Source: Octopus vulgaris (Eukaryota). Taken from it: a DNA stretch of 64,000 bases. The position numbers and the translations under genes were made by a program. The stretch spans positions 3,534,001 to 3,598,000 of the forward strand of contig OX597834.1 in the NCBI GenBank assembly GCA_951406725.2, written 5' to 3'. The first letter of the stretch is position 1. Every line of letters starts with the position of its first letter. Positions 22,329 to 35,202 of this stretch are shown piece after piece. The notes below the pieces were generated by a model. That model saw only the letters and a program-made list of their open reading frames with translations, made no database searches and was not told the DNA's origin.

Positions 22329-22869
22329 TATGAAATAAAATTAAATTACGCACGTAAAGCAATATCGGTTGCACATGTGTTTTGTTTAAACGGCCATTTG
22401 CTGCAGGATAGCATCCTGGCAAAGCTCCCTATACGACACTGTTAAAGAACATCGCGTGTCCCAGACCAGGCGAGACAACCCGTCCCGAAGTGATCGACAA
22501 TGGTATATATTGACATTTCGCCATTATCGAGGCTCCTCAATGTGTTTGGTTCACCTCGAAACGAAAGGAATCGCTGGTCTGGGACATGTTATATAACTGT
22601 TCAACATTTGGTAGATCGAGGCAAATTTCTACTGCGTCACCTGCTACGCCCCCGTGTTGCTGGGGGTGTGTGCAGCATTGTGTGTTCTTTTCTGATGTTG
22701 GGAGTGTGCGGACACTTCTCGGTGCTGTATTGTGTTAGTCTTTTCCCCCTTGAGGTGTGGTGCCGTCTTTTGTTCTATTCTGTGTTGAGTGTGTAATGCT
22801 CTGGTTTTTCTAGCCTGCTGGTGGATTTTATTTCACTGGACACACGCTGTATAGAGTGTGTCTTGTGTT

Positions 22870-23560
22870 TGTAGGTTGTTTTGTTTAGGTTGTATTATTG
22901 GATTGCTAGTGTCTTGCGTAGGATGTGGGCTGTTCCTTGCAGTGCTATTTTTTAGACAGTGTGTAGTGTTGAAGATCCAGGTATAGCTTCTACATTTTTG
23001 TTCATTTTGATTCTTTATCATGCCCAATGCTCCAATTATTATTGGCATTGGTTTTACCCTCTTGCCACACATTTTAATACTTCAATTTTGTGGTCTTTGT
23101 ATTTCGACAATTTCTCCACTTCTTTTTTGACAATAGTTTGGTGACTAGGGACTGCAATGTCAATCAGTAAGTAGATGTTTTTTTCCCTAATCCTTGACAA
23201 TTATGTCTGGGCGATTAGCTTTTATTTCTTTGTCGGTTTGAACCGGCAAATCACAGATGATCTTTGTCTTGTACCTTGCTTGGCACATGTTTATACCACC
23301 TGCTGTCAGTTTTGATGTTGTAATGTGGGCATATTATCCAGTGGATATAATTGCTTCCTTTGCAGTGTCTGTATACATATTCAGATTTGGTAAGGACCGG
23401 ACATCCCGAGATAATGTGGTCAACTGTCTCATTGTGCTGGCTGCACATTCTGCATTTGGTGTTGTAACTTGTTTTCATTATTTTGGTTTTATAATTGTGT
23501 GTAATCAGGCATTACAAACATTACAAAAATCCAGAGATCATTCTCAAATAATTTTCAGTT
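22870..23560 (-). mobile_element. Decayed RLE LINE fragment (unit 2 copy)
   Basis: Paralog of 5620-6300. Confidence 0.7.
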
Positions 23561-25238
23561 CCTTTACTGATCATTTCAAGTGTTCCTACAATCACTGGTA
23601 TTGTAACCGTCTTGAGATGTGTGGTCTTATTAAATGTTGTTTAGCTTTGACTTTTGTCTTGTACTCGAGATAATAATAAATATGTGAGGGTTGGAGTTAA
23701 AACTATTCCTGCCTCAGGGCTTGCAAATTCCAAGTTCATATCATATGAATAAAAAGAAGAAAATGTCGTTTTGTGCAATGAAGAAAGAAGTCATTTTGTG
23801 CAATGTTGTTTGGGGGGAGTTGAGTGACAAATAAAATGGGACGAATTTTCATTATGGGCGACGGACACAAGCTTGTCTCCACATGAATCTTAGTCTCTCA
23901 AGCGTAAACCATTGGAAAATAGATAAGAGTGGCTTGTGTAAATGTGGGAATTTTTGAGTGACGAGCACGTACTCACCAACTACTCTACCCCCTCAGCTTG
24001 GAGTACAGATAGACATGTCGATGAAATAAAGTCCTTAGTTTGATACATCAGAGTAAAGGCTACAAACAATATATAATGCAAAATAAAAAAAAAAACGAAC
24101 TATGAATTTTGCAAGAAAGGCAAACTGTTAGAAGACCAATCTAAAATGGGATGGTACGTGTGTGGTATTGCTGACTATGACATTAAATATCGCTGACCAT
24201 ATTTTACCATGTAAAGAGCTGACCTCGTATGAGGTACACGGAGAGGAAGGCGGAATAAAGATGGCAGAGCTGACAATTACCTGAGAGGTGAAAACCAATG
24301 GCGAGTTTGATTTGGGACGATGGAAGGTACATCAAGCTGGCAAAATACTGGATGAAAAACAACATGCTTTCTTGTAGGAGTGAATGTTAGAAAATTTGTT
24401 AGAACCAGGGCTCAGTCGATGCGGAGAAGCTTTGTAAAGCGGCAAAAGAAAGAAACAAACTTTCAATGAAATTGTCAGCAACCGCAGAGAAAGCAAATCA
24501 TTGTATATGGCTCATGAGATAAGATTTAATGTATTTAGTACAGCGAGGAACTTCTGATCTGTAACAGCTGGCTTTAAGGTTGACAGTGACAAATAGCTGA
24601 AAGTCATGACGTCTGACTGTGTAAAAAGTATCGTCACCTTTATTTATGGGTGATCCTGAGTAGTTTTGATGAAATCTCTACATCTGCATTCTTCGGAGAC
24701 GAAATACAATACAAATACGATTGATACGGAAGACGGAGTGTAACTAGAAGCTATATTGGCACAACAATCGTTTCGGCTTCATTCTGCAGTGCTCCCTCGT
24801 TGGTGCGGGACGATGTAATGACATCAGATGCAACGCACAGTGAAGTAAACCTCATCAGGTGACGTAACATGCTTCAAAAGTTAACAGATTTACATTTTCT
24901 TTTCGCTCCAAGTTATATGCTGGTGGTGAGTTGCTCGCAGTTCAGATACATTTCGGTTAAGTGAGGAAGATGTAGTCAGGAAGAAACTAGAAAAATAAAT
25001 CACAAGAATCTAATGTAAATAGGGATGAGGGGGTGTTTATAGTTGTGGTCAAGAAGTGGTTGTTAAAAAATAGAAGAAAAAATAATAAAAATAAAATACA
25101 CAGAATTGAAGGTTAACGGAGGTGTGTATGAAGGAGGGTGTTTATGGCATTGGATCGAACAGCTTTAGCGTGTGGAGGCAGTCAAGCGCGATGGCGTGGT
25201 CGAGAATTTGGTGGGTGTGTGATTCTAGTCTTATATGA

Positions 25239-25470
25239 AGGCGGCGAGCTGGCAGAAACGTTAGCACGCTGGGCGAAATGCGTAGCCGTATTTCGTCTGC
25301 CGTTACGTTGTGAGTTCAAATTCCGCCGAGGTCGACTTTGCCTTTCATCCTTTCGGGGTCGATAAATTAAGTACCAGTTGCGCACTGGCGTCGATGTAAT
25401 CGACTTGATCCCTTTGTCTGTCCTTGTTTGTCCCCACTATGTTTAGCCCCTTGTGGGTAATAAAGAAATA
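25239..25470 (+). mobile_element. tRNA-derived SINE (unit 2 copy)
   Basis: Paralog of 8405-8636. Confidence 0.8.
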
Positions 25471-26309
25471 TATAAATATAAATATACATACATACTTACA
25501 CATACAACAGTGATGTAAAAATTACACATTCACACTAACTCAGAGTATAGCAATTTACATTTGTAATCATTGATCTAGAATCTGGCAAATAGAGTAACAA
25601 GCAATAGCTTTCCAATTGATGACAGTATAATATATAAAAGAAGATGAGGAAACGAAAAATCGCACACACACACACACATACACACAAACACACAAACAAG
25701 TACAAACATGCACATTTAGATAAAGGTTTAAAGTGACACGTGTACTCGAATGCAAGAACGGTACATTGTTACACATTTGTAATCTTCGATTTTAGTTGTA
25801 GCTAACACAATTAGTCATGCAAATTACTAATTCATGAAAAAGGACTTGGAGACAAAGATACATACACACAAGTTCAGGTACAGGCATGCGCATGTACATG
25901 CATACACATATATAGAGAGGCTGATGTAAACTCTCTCAAACACGACAGAGAAGTACTCTGGCACTCATTTTAACGTAATGTATATCCACGCGCAGAACGT
26001 CGCTAACTGTGGTATTTTGTCTCAGAAAATTTCTCCTGGGAAACTTTGAGTATTATAAAACAGAGTTCACTGAGAATGATGCCAGTGCATTATCAGATAC
26101 CAGTCCTTCAGCATTATTTGGCCTCCGCAGTGGTTGAACATCACAGGACATTCTGAGGTAAGTCGGAACCTTCGTTGCAATATAGAAATTAGTAAACAAG
26201 ACATTCATTGATTTGTATGATAGCTTGCCTTCGTACTTCGAACAGCATTATATTAAAATAACAATAGTTGTAACATTTAAAGTGTATATAAAAAGTAGCT
26301 GTAATATTC

Positions 26310-26948
26310 TGTAACGGAGAAGTTACCTCTTGTTGCAGAGAAGACGTGGTCTAAAATGTGTAGTGACCCTATAGCGGTGCGCGCTCGCGCACCGTCCATT
26401 TGTATTTCGCGCGTGTTGGTGCCTTTACCAAGGCACAGAAAGGAAGGGCCCTCTCGCGCATGCGCGAACCACCGGAAGCACGACCCTGGCCAAGGCAGGG
26501 GGATCGTAGAACGTTTGACCACTAGCAGCAGCAAGCGGCGACTTGGGACCCAGCGATTGAAGGCGGCGGTCACGCATATATTCTCTCCGTCTGAACTAGC
26601 TTCTAGCAGTCCTTACCAAAAGGGCTTTAACCTGGATTGTTGCAGACCAACATCGTCTCCATTGTTCGACGCCATCTTGGACCCTTTCTGTTTTTGGCGG
26701 CTGGACATTGTAAATATTACAATCGATTTACTTTCAGCCTTGCGCGCCCCGAACCAAGGACATCAGATAACACACTTATTGTTATTGTTACCAAGAAAGA
26801 GAATAAAGTAGTTATATATATTTTACGTCTGCGTCTTGTTGTTTCTGACTAGTAGAATTCTGGATTATTAAAGCAACGGCTAGTGAGTGATTGCTTTCTT
26901 GTACCCCGAAAGTACAAGACAAGACAAACTCACGCTAAGTTCGTTACA
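26310..26948 (+). mobile_element. Putative solo LTR (unit 2 copy)
   Basis: Paralog of 9478-10114. Confidence 0.6.
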
Positions 26949-29060
26949 AATGAAACAGAAGTTGAAATTTTTAATAATTTTTTCACCCGAATCGCAACGT
27001 CTAGAAAACACATAACCAGACACATACAATATTCCACACTGCGCCGATCTTAGGACACTTGAAGTCAGACAGTTGGTGGGAATCTTCTCAAATTTATGGC
27101 AATTATCTCTGATAAAACTCTGTCAGCTGGCCCCCGCTAAAATAGTTATGTCCCTCCATGTCCATCACAAGAAAAACGCAATGTACATTTTGGAATCCTG
27201 AAGTATTCCATTGTTGCTACAGATCCATAAACCTTTGCTAAATCTAACTACAAAACATTCAGCATATCCTTCTTTTCACATTCAATGGTTTTCCCACCAG
27301 CCAGATATTTTTGCATTACATAATTTCTGGACTGGGCTGTCAATATAGTCTTTGTTTTTCTCTCTTTCTCTCTCTCATAAATTTATTTGTGAAAGTGTGT
27401 TGTTCATAGGCTCTCTTCTCTTTTATACATTCATTTTTATTTTTGCAATTAAGGTGTGTGTCCTATGAATCTTTTTATCTTAATTTTAGTTATAGCAAGG
27501 TATAGCAACTGACATACTTGCTGTGTGATTGGCCCTGGGCCAATTCTTCAACGCTAAACACGAAGTTTGCATTGTCAGAGTTAAGGTGCTTGCTGTAAGG
27601 CAAGGAGGAACAAAAGCGGCTCGTGGGCCCGTGTGGCAGAAGTGCAACGTTGCATCGAAGCCATGATTCGGTCTTTAGTGGACAAAATGGGCGCATGGTA
27701 CTTGAGGTCAAGCAGATGTTTGAGGAACGAGATTTTTTATGTATGTTCGTATTTCAATAAATACCTCCTGTCAGAATTTAAAAGTCGACCAATGGACACT
27801 CAGTAAACGATTAACATCTGGTTTACGTTTGCTTGACATCGAATTATCGTAACGTTGGTTATCTCCGCTGTGAGAGTGTCTTTAATCTTTTCGTCCATCC
27901 AAGACACCGTTCTTTCATTTTTATTGTCATCACCTTGTTTCTGACATTGTCTGGACTGTCCTGATAGTACTTTTGTTTAGAAACATCCCCCGTTTTGCAG
28001 AGAGTGCATATCAATATTTTTTTTTATATATTCGCCAACTATCGGAGAAAGCAAATATTTTGCTATTTTCCAAATAATTTGAAGCATGGCTGAGAAAGAG
28101 GTAATCATAATGTTCGACGACGCGTTCCTCGTCGGAGAAAAAGAATACTGGCGTAGCTTTGACAACAGTAAAGGACATCGCCGCCTCACCAGCGAAAGTA
28201 AAATCCGAGCCTAATACACTTTCGTCTCTAAGCTTATTAGTCTGCTTCAGCTGGTGCTGTTCAGGGATAGAAGTAAGATGAACTACACGAGCTGAAGCAG
28301 ACTACTATGGTCCCTTAAAGATTGAAACCAGAGCTTTACCACAGAGTAGGGGATAATTAGTATGGCTAAGCTGTATGGAAGAGGGGTAAATAAATGTTAT
28401 GTATGGAAGAACTGTATCAAATCTTTACATCGAGACACAAATTACTTAATAGCAAGCTGGAACCGATCCTAAGATTCTTGCATAAACATAGCAAGACTTT
28501 TAAGAAATTTAACACACGTTCTAGATAACTGAGTAGTAAAGATAAAAGCACAACTCCCCAAATACATAGTCTCTTTTTCAGTCAATCAAGTATATATTCC
28601 TTTACCTTTCAACGACTCAGCATAGTTAACACCACAGCTACGAAAATATCTGAATAACTTAGAAGATAACACGGAACTGAACCACCCGACAATAATATAC
28701 AAGAACTATACTTAAAAGCAAGCTTATTAAGTACAAAGTACCCAACTACTACAATATACCAAGAAACCCGCGAAAATAGTAACATAAACTTTGGTCCAAT
28801 TAAATAGAACCTTGACTTCGGCCAGCAACAGGTGTGAAACCGAGGTCAACCACACAAGTTTACAAACAGATCAGATTTTAGATTCAAACCAATCTCACCC
28901 CACTTCTTGAACCAGTAAACAACTAATTGAATTCAGGTGGCTTAGAGCCAAGCTGGTTCAAAGACCCTGGACAGAAAACTATGCCCGGTTGTATATGCAA
29001 CTGCATGTACTCTCTGCCGTGAAGGTCGTCGTAACCATAAAAAGGACATTCCGTATGACA

Positions 29061-29456
29061 TCTTTATATATAAAAGAGAGGTTGTGTGTCTGTCTGCTAC
29101 GATTTAGATTCCTAACTACTCCCACATTTTGCGGTGCAGTTTAACCAAAACCGGGTATCTTATAGTCGTGATACATATCGAGCCCTTCTGGGTATTAGCG
29201 CGCGTCTACGATGAGTCTACGATTTAAAAAAAAAATTACCATCATTTTTTTCCATTTTAATGCATTTTTTCGCTATTATATAAGGGAAGTAACTCTCTAA
29301 AAATGTCTACGATGAGTCAACGATTTAAAAAAAATTTACCATCATTTTTTTCCATTTTTAATGCATTTTTTTGCTATGTTTTGGCTACAACTCTCTAAAA
29401 ATGCTTATATAGTTATTTCCCTTACAAACCCGAGCAACGCCGGGCGATACTGCTAG
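29061..29456 (+). mobile_element. Non-autonomous Helitron, shorter variant at an independent site
   Basis: A|TC...hairpin...CTAG|T. Shares the 5' and 3' portions with 4547-5076 but has a different middle. Confidence 0.75.
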
Positions 29457-29459
29457 TTG

Positions 29460-30830
29460 TAAAATAAAATGCTTCAGAATTGCCAAGTTAACAGTTTGAC
29501 CAGGAGGAACTAATTCTGTGTGGACAACTCCTTTCGCATTAATGAAACAAATTAGCATCGTCTTAACATTGGACTTTACTTGACACGTTTTTTGTGGTGT
29601 GGTGACATCGAATGCTTCCATTGACTTAATTGCTGCTTCGTTTCCAAATCGTAGCCGTAGCACCATCTTTCGTCAGGAGTGATGACCTTCGAAAAAAAGG
29701 TCCGGATCAATTTCTAACTATTCTTTCAGTTCATGACACACATTCAGTCGTGACCGTTTTTGATCTTCCGTGAGCAAATGAAGAACAAATTTTGTTGCAA
29801 CTCTTTTCGTTCGCAATTCCTCGTTCAGAATTCGTAAGCAGGATCTCCAGGACACAGCAGTCATATCAACACGTTCGTCAATTGTTCAGTGACGGTCCTC
29901 CAAGATCAGTTCATGAGTTTTCATGATTTTTCATTCGTTCTGGAGGTCAATGGTCGTCCTGAACGAGGTTGGTCTTCAAGCGACAAGTGACCATTCCTAA
30001 AGCATGTGTAGGCATCTAGCTTGACCCTGCCTGAGATTTGAAACCAAATCCACCTGTTTGTTGCTTGTCAAAACTAGCGGGAAATCTTCTGCACACCAGT
30101 TGATTGATGAGAAAACACTCGACCCCCTACGACCTGTGCTGGTCAAGGAAAGGTCAGTCTTTTGTTTAAGGTTTGACCTATATTACTAACCATAGTTTAT
30201 ATAACAGAAAGAATTTCCTATCTCTTCCTCTGATGTGTCAGCTATGACCAACGAGCAACACGCTCTTTTGCGTTAGTCATGACCAAGAACAGCAGTTTCT
30301 TCGGCCGCAAGAAAGACGATGCCACCTTTATTCTTTCTTCCTTTCTAGTCAGCATCGTGCATGCCTTACTCTTTCACTCTCTGCTGACCGACAACCTTCT
30401 TCTACACTATCAACTACTAACTAGTGAGCCAACCTTGAAGAATTGCTATTGTCTCTTCAACTAACTGTCGGGTAAACGAATAAACATATGCAAATAATAT
30501 TTCTTCCTTCTTGGTGTTGATTCTTCGATCTTCATTGGCTACTCCGACGGGAGCACCCTGAAGCGTTACATCTACACCCTACATTCTGTAGTGGGCTACA
30601 TCATATCCACATGATATAGCACATCACATCTAGCCCGCTATACGTGGAAACCACTCGTAAACTTGTGTTTTGCTCAAAAGCGGCTTCCTTGAAGCGTGAC
30701 AGCTGTTTCGGTTGTCGTTTCTCCCGGTAGAAAACGGAATTTCACGGAAGCACGCTGTTCCTTTGTTTTCATCCACCGCAAAAATCGACGAACAGAGGAG
30801 AAGCACTGCAAAACAAAGAAGGCACCCACA
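29460..30830 (-). mobile_element. Decayed mariner (Tc1/mariner) transposase relic, interrupted by an insertion at 30007-30642
   Basis: TPQKTCQVKSNVKTMLICFINAKGVVHTELVPPGQTVN (catalytic-domain segment) and N-terminal LSKTQVYEWF helix-turn-helix segment. Confidence 0.75.
30007..30642 (+). mobile_element. Solo-LTR-like insertion inside the mariner (copy at 56530-57165)
   Basis: Starts TGTAG, ends CTATA (CTACA-like), internal AATAAA, flanked by CATG/CGTG (a 4-bp TSD with CpG decay). Mariner coding sequence resumes on both sides. Confidence 0.55.
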
Positions 30831-31792
30831 GTATGGCCTCAATAGAAAACGCCGGTCGGAAGCCTGACCTACCACGGGCTTATCACACAGAGAACGTTTC
30901 TGTTTTCTTTTGGGTACCCCATCGTATACTAAACCTGCAAAGTAACTTATTCCTTAAATGCGGGTACATATGTGCACGCACCATTGTTCATTTACCGAAT
31001 AGTCAGCCTTCACTATATTTTTTTGAATGCCCTGATATGAAAAGGTGAACAAATTTGATATCAGGTATCTCAAATAATTAATCACGAAATTCATTAATAC
31101 ATATAACAACAGACACACACACACACACACACTCACACACACACAAACACAGACACACACACACACACACACTCTCTTACACACACACACACACACACAC
31201 ATACGCGCGCGCGCATTCTCGGTTTTCGTTTGATCCAAATTGACACTCGTGTGTACACAAGCACACACACAGACACTTAGAAATGCAGACACGTACACAC
31301 GCACACACAAATACTCACTCATTCTTCTACCCCCCCCCACATGTGTATTTAAAAAAAAAAATTATCCAAACTGTTTTAATTGTAATTAACGTGGATGTTG
31401 CAACGAATATCAAAGTCCAAGACACTGTTGTTGTATTTTGTATTATTCAGACATCGTTTTCTCCTGGTAACAAAGGATTGTGCTTAGATAACAAACACAG
31501 TGATGTTTCGGTCGATGACGCATGGGAAATACATAACAAAAAAACATATATGTATATATATGTATGTATATATAATCAACCATAGAGTTAAACCAGTGCA
31601 TCGGTTAATATTGGCATAATGACTCTCTACAGACACAACAAAATGATAAACTTACGAAGGTGAGTCTCCCTTTTATTTTACCTGTCGTCTACTATTTCGC
31701 TTCCTATTTCCTTAGTCTAATGAATGGATTGGCTCTTGGAGGTCCATGTGAGACTTTGCTGTTAAAATTCTTGTGCAATAAATTGGTTATAT

Positions 31793-31955
31793 AGGCGTAG
31801 GCGAGGCTGTGAGGTAAGACGCTTGCTTCCCAACCACATGGTTCCGAGTTCAGTCTCACTGCGTGGCACCTTCGGCAAATGTTTAATATAGCCTCGGGCC
31901 GACCAGAGCCTGGTGAGTAGATTTGGTACAAGGAAACTGAAATAAGTCCGTAGTA
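31793..31955 (+). mobile_element. Second tRNA-derived SINE family, diverged (copy at ~58365-58527)
   Basis: ggctgtgaggtaag...ggttccgagttcagtc A/B-box-like head, a gcaccttcggcaa core-like segment, ending in a simple repeat. Confidence 0.55.
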
Positions 31956-32239
31956 TCTATCTATCTGTGATACACGATCCCTATTGATCGTTTTTTTTTC
32001 CTCGTCCCCTTTTTTTCCTTTTTTTCTTCTTTTTTCATTTTTCTTTTCTTTTGTTCCTTTTCCTTTTTTTCATTTCCTTTTTTTTGTTCTTTTTTTCCTT
32101 TTACGATCCCTTTTGATCGAAAACCTACGCCACCTTTTTTTTCTTTTGTTTTTTGTTATTTTTCATCCCCCAAAAGAAAAGCTCTACCTTGTAACTTGTC
32201 CCATCTGTGTGCAGCCCTGTGTGGCCAATAAAGAAACTT

Positions 32240-32244
32240 ATCTG

Positions 32245-32313
<69 letters not shown>

Positions 32314-32378
32314 GTGTGTGTGCATTTATGTATGTGTGTATGTGTGTGTATATATATATATGTATATATATATATGTG

Positions 32379-32414
<36 letters not shown>

Positions 32415-32436
32415 TGTATGTATGTATGTATGTATG

Positions 32437-32477
<41 letters not shown>
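32240..32477. repeat. Compound (TATC)n/(TG)n/(TATG)n/(TA)n microsatellite (copy 58810-59071)
   Basis: Directly visible. Confidence 0.95.
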
Positions 32478-32480
<3 letters not shown>

Positions 32481-32576
32481 TTATATAAATAAGGATAAGA
32501 TCGTTATTTTAATTATCGATCTTATCAGGTGGCCAGTATGGGAATAAAAACCTTCAAAGGTAATAATTATTATTAA

Positions 32577-32679
32577 AATTATAATTTAGGGTATCTAAGA
32601 GATACCGCCACGCTGGAAATAGAGTCAAGTTTTGGCTGCTATTTCCAGCGTGAATGTATCTCTTAGATACCCTAAATTA

Positions 32680-32684
<5 letters not shown>
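32577..32684. repeat. ~108-bp fold-back (long inverted repeat)
   Basis: Perfect 29-bp outer arms (aattataatttagggtatctaagagatac / gtatctcttagataccctaaattataatt) and 14-bp inner arms (cacgctggaaatag / ctatttccagcgtg). Confidence 0.9.
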
Positions 32685-32744
<60 letters not shown>

Positions 32745-32862
32745 CAATTAAGGAACGGCCATAATAGGCCATTCACCCACTAGAAATAACAGCCAAAGCT
32801 TCTACCGCAAATAAAGATCAATTCCGTAAACAGGAGAAAATTAAAAAAACATTTACCCTGTA

Positions 32863-32969
32863 ATTTCTTGTACGGTATACCGTTTCATCTGCTGTTTAAT
32901 GGTAAACTAACCTGATTAAATTAAATCAAGCCAATCTTCCATAAGCCCTCAGATTCTTCAGCAAGAAAT
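32863..32969 (-). ncRNA. Type I hammerhead ribozyme (inverted monomer)
   Basis: Exact reverse complement of the hammerhead at 33641-33747. Confidence 0.85.
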
Positions 32970-33640
32970 AGCTCAAGTCGGAACAGATATTTACACGAGG
33001 CATACCCAATCCTGCCAAGGCAATATCTGACCTAAAATTTTCAAATCGTCGCACTCGCGCCAAATTTATCGGCAGCAAATAAATCGTCGATTCCATTACG
33101 GAATTAACCAAAAAATTCATAATTAATCAATATAGGGTGGCAAGGAAAATTTTGTAGAATTTTTTGCCACCAGCGGCCCAGTGGGAAAAAATTAAATAGT
33201 CATAGACCATTTTTAAGTTCAACATTAACAATTAAGGAACGGCCATAATAGGCATAATAATTTACAGGGTAAATGTTTTTTTAATTTTCTCCTGTTTACG
33301 GAATTGATCTTTATTTGCGGTAGAAGCTTTGGCTGTTATTTCTAGTGGGTGAATGGCCTATTATGGCCGTTCCTTAATTGTTAATGTTGAACTTAAAAAT
33401 GGTCTATGACTATTTAATTTTTTCCCACTGGGCCGCTGGTGGCAAAAAAATTCTACAAAATTTTCCTTGCCACCCTATATTGATTAATTATGAATTTTTT
33501 GGTTAATTCCGTAATGGAATCGACGATTTATTTGCTGCCGATAAATTTGGCGCGAGTGCGACGATTTGAAAATTTTAGGTCAGATATTGCCTTGGCAGGA
33601 TTGGGTATGCCTCGTGTAAATATCTGTTCCGACTTGAGCT

Positions 33641-33747
33641 ATTTCTTGCTGAAGAATCTGAGGGCTTATGGAAGATTGGCTTGATTTAATTTAATCAGGT
33701 TAGTTTACCATTAAACAGCAGATGAAACGGTATACCGTACAAGAAAT
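33641..33747 (+). ncRNA. Type I hammerhead ribozyme, monomer 1
   Basis: Stem I ATTTCTTG/CAAGAAAT; core CTGAAGA; stem II ATCTG...CAGAT with internal hairpin; GAAA; stem III ACGG-TATA-CCGT; cleavage triplet GTA, with the predicted cut after 33739. Confidence 0.9.
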
Positions 33748-34125
33748 TACAGGGTAAATGTTTTTTTAATTTTCTCCTGTTTACGGAATTGATCTTTATT
33801 TGCGGTAGAAGCTTTGGCTGTTATTTCTAGTGGGTGAATGGCCTATTATGGCCGTTCCTTAATTGTTAATGTTGAACTTAAAAATGGTCTATGACTATTT
33901 AATTTTTTCCCACTGGGCCGCTGGTGGCAAAAAAATTCTACAAAATTTTCCTTGCCACCCTATATTGATTAATTATGAATTTTTTGGTTAATTCCGTAAT
34001 GGAATCGACGATTTATTTGCTGCCGATAAATTTGGCGCGAGTGCGACGATTTGAAAATTTTAGGTCAGATATTGCCTTGGCAGGATTGGGTATGCCTCGT
34101 GTAAATATCTGTTCCGACTTGAGCT

Positions 34126-34232
34126 ATTTCTTGCTGAAGAATCTGAGGGCTTATGGAAGATTGGCTTGATTTAATTTAATCAGGTTAGTTTACCATTAAA
34201 CAGCAGATGAAACGGTATACCGTACAAGAAAT
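34126..34232 (+). ncRNA. Type I hammerhead ribozyme, monomer 2
   Basis: Same sequence as 33641-33747. Confidence 0.88.
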
Positions 34233-34610
34233 TACAGGGTAAATGTTTTTTTAATTTTCTCCTGTTTACGGAATTGATCTTTATTTGCGGTAGAAGCTTT
34301 GGCTGTTATTTCTAGTGGGTGAATGGCCTATTATGGCCGTTCCTTAATTGTTAATGTTGAACTTAAAAATGGTCTATGACTATTTAATTTTTTCCCACTG
34401 GGCCGCTGGTGGCAAAAAAATTCTACAAAATTTTCCTTGCCACCCTATATTGATTAATTATGAATTTTTTGGTTAATTCCGTAATGGAATCGACGATTTA
34501 TTTGCTGCCGATAAATTTGGCGCGAGTGCGACGATTTGAAAATTTTAGGTCAGATATTGCCTTGGCAGGATTGGGTATGCCTCGTGTAAATATCTGTTCC
34601 GACTTGAGCT

Positions 34611-34717
34611 ATTTCTTGCTGAAGAATCTGAGGGCTTATGGAAGATTGGCTTGATTTAATTTAATCAGGTTAGTTTACCATTAAACAGCAGATGAAACGG
34701 TATACCGTACAAGAAAT
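34611..34717 (+). ncRNA. Type I hammerhead ribozyme, monomer 3
   Basis: Same sequence as 33641-33747. Confidence 0.88.
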
Positions 34718-35095
34718 TACAGGGTAAATGTTTTTTTAATTTTCTCCTGTTTACGGAATTGATCTTTATTTGCGGTAGAAGCTTTGGCTGTTATTTCTAG
34801 TGGGTGAATGGCCTATTATGGCCGTTCCTTAATTGTTAATGTTGAACTTAAAAATGGTCTATGACTATTTAATTTTTTCCCACTGGGCCGCTGGTGGCAA
34901 AAAAATTCTACAAAATTTTCCTTGCCACCCTATATTGATTAATTATGAATTTTTTGGTTAATTCCGTAATGGAATCGACGATTTATTTGCTGCCGATAAA
35001 TTTGGCGCGAGTGCGACGATTTGAAAATTTTAGGTCAGATATTGCCTTGGCAGGATTGGGTATGCCTCGTGTAAATATCTGTTCCGACTTGAGCT

Positions 35096-35202
35096 ATTTC
35101 TTGCTGAAGAATCTGAGGGCTTATGGAAGATTGGCTTGATTTAATTTAATCAGGTTAGTTTACCATTAAACAGCAGATGAAACGGTATACCGTACAAGAA
35201 AT
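35096..35202 (+). ncRNA. Type I hammerhead ribozyme, monomer 4
   Basis: Same sequence as 33641-33747. Confidence 0.88.

Noticed and set aside
31984-32547. 187-aa hydrophobic ORF (and equivalents at 58276-59140)
   Set aside because: Low-complexity T-rich and microsatellite translation.
33490-33684. 64-aa ORF repeated in every 485-bp monomer
   Set aside because: Short, no recognisable domain, overlaps the ribozyme core, and recurs only because the DNA is repeated; translation is not excluded but is unsupported.
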